A DNA stretch of 64,000 bases from Pocillopora damicornis (lineage: Eukaryota): assembly GCF_003704095.1 (NCBI RefSeq), contig NW_020847627.1, forward strand, positions 1 to 64,000, in the 5' to 3' direction. This document shows positions 63,185-64,000 of this stretch, piece by piece (the stretch's first letter is position 1; the number at the start of each line of letters is the position of its first letter). The notes under the pieces are model-generated. The model was not told the origin of the DNA, made no database searches, and saw nothing but the letters and a program-made list of their open reading frames with translations. The translations under genes were made by a program, and so were the position numbers.

Positions 63185-64000
63185 CTTAAGGAAAGAAAGG
63201 AAAAATTANNNNNNNNNNNNNNNNNNNNNNNNNNNNNNNNNNNNNNNNNNNNNNNNNNNNNNNNNNNNNNNNNNNNNNNNNNNNNNNNNNNNNNNNNNNN
63301 NNNNNNNNTCACCTCAGAATTCATTCAACGGTGCTAATAATGAATGCATGCTATATAACGATGTGTAAAGAGAAGCAATTAAGGGGATATTAATTCAAAC
63401 AAAGGCGCAAACAAGGAATTAATTTAAATTTGGTAAATTTAATCTAATCTGTCAAAGTCAAACAAAAACATTGAATCAGTTGCTGTTCTTTAATATCATG
63501 AAATTCTATTTTTAGTAAATATTTTATCTCTTCACTGAGCAACCATTCGTTTTCCTTAAAGTTTTTTGATTAACCACTATCCAAACAGCGCGTTCAATAT
63601 CTTCAAACAGTAAAGTTCCAGTCTCCAGCGGTCCAATGTCTGCGCATGTGCTATCGTTGTAATAGCCAAGACGTGTGCTTTCAGGTTGTCAGAAGCAAAT
63701 TGCCTCAGAGGAGTTAAAAAAAATCCCACAAAAGTCAATAAGCCGTGGTATTTGAAATGCGTTTAACAAACAAAAATCGAAACAATAACGCATAAGCAAT
63801 CGATTATAATCTGCAGTTGCGTAAAAGTCAGCTGTAAACCCTAAATTAAATATTCATTGTGATCGAACAGTCTCTGTTTCTCCTCTACTTTTGCTTCCCT
63901 TTAAAGATTTATAAAAACGTTTTGATTTTCTATTCATATTTTACTTGACAGCGGCTGTTTCTTATATTTTCCGCTCAAACTGTGTGCAGGAAATTGGTGC

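Noticed and set aside
1316-63337. Numerous 60-130 aa ORFs in introns and intergenic DNA, and ORFs running through N gaps
   Set aside because: Expected by chance in AT-rich DNA with alternative start codons; many merely overlap true exons in other frames, repeats or gaps.

Overview
Intron-rich, AT-rich animal genomic scaffold with five 100-N gaps. The repeat families and NLR style suggest a scleractinian coral or other anthozoan (inference). Conserved genes reconstructed exon by exon from GT-AG boundaries are TMEM199/VMA12 (-), STK31/TDRD8 (-), LAMTOR3 (+, complete 124 aa), the 3' half of an SLC22 transporter and a class A GPCR exon. The first 36 kb hold a rapidly rearranging death-domain (DD) cluster with four main members: the LRR tail of an NLR-like receptor; a 359-aa protein made only of three DDs and a linker; a duplicated, truncated two-DD paralog; and a 397-aa protein fusing a catalytically degenerate trypsin-fold domain to a MyD88-like DD. 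Six decayed DD exon copies are also present. The two intact DD proteins share a related terminal DD exon with an N-flanking Cys, an NES-like linker motif and all-phase-1 exons. A CxCxxC tail after the DD (a possible Zn clasp) is intact in the pseudo-protease and visible in pseudogene copies, but frameshifted in the triple-DD gene. Together these suggest a candidate NLR - DD adaptor - pseudo-protease innate-immune or cell-death module. Two apparent kb-scale inverted duplications turn at assembly gaps and may be contig-orientation artefacts. All calls are from reading the sequence; no searches were run.
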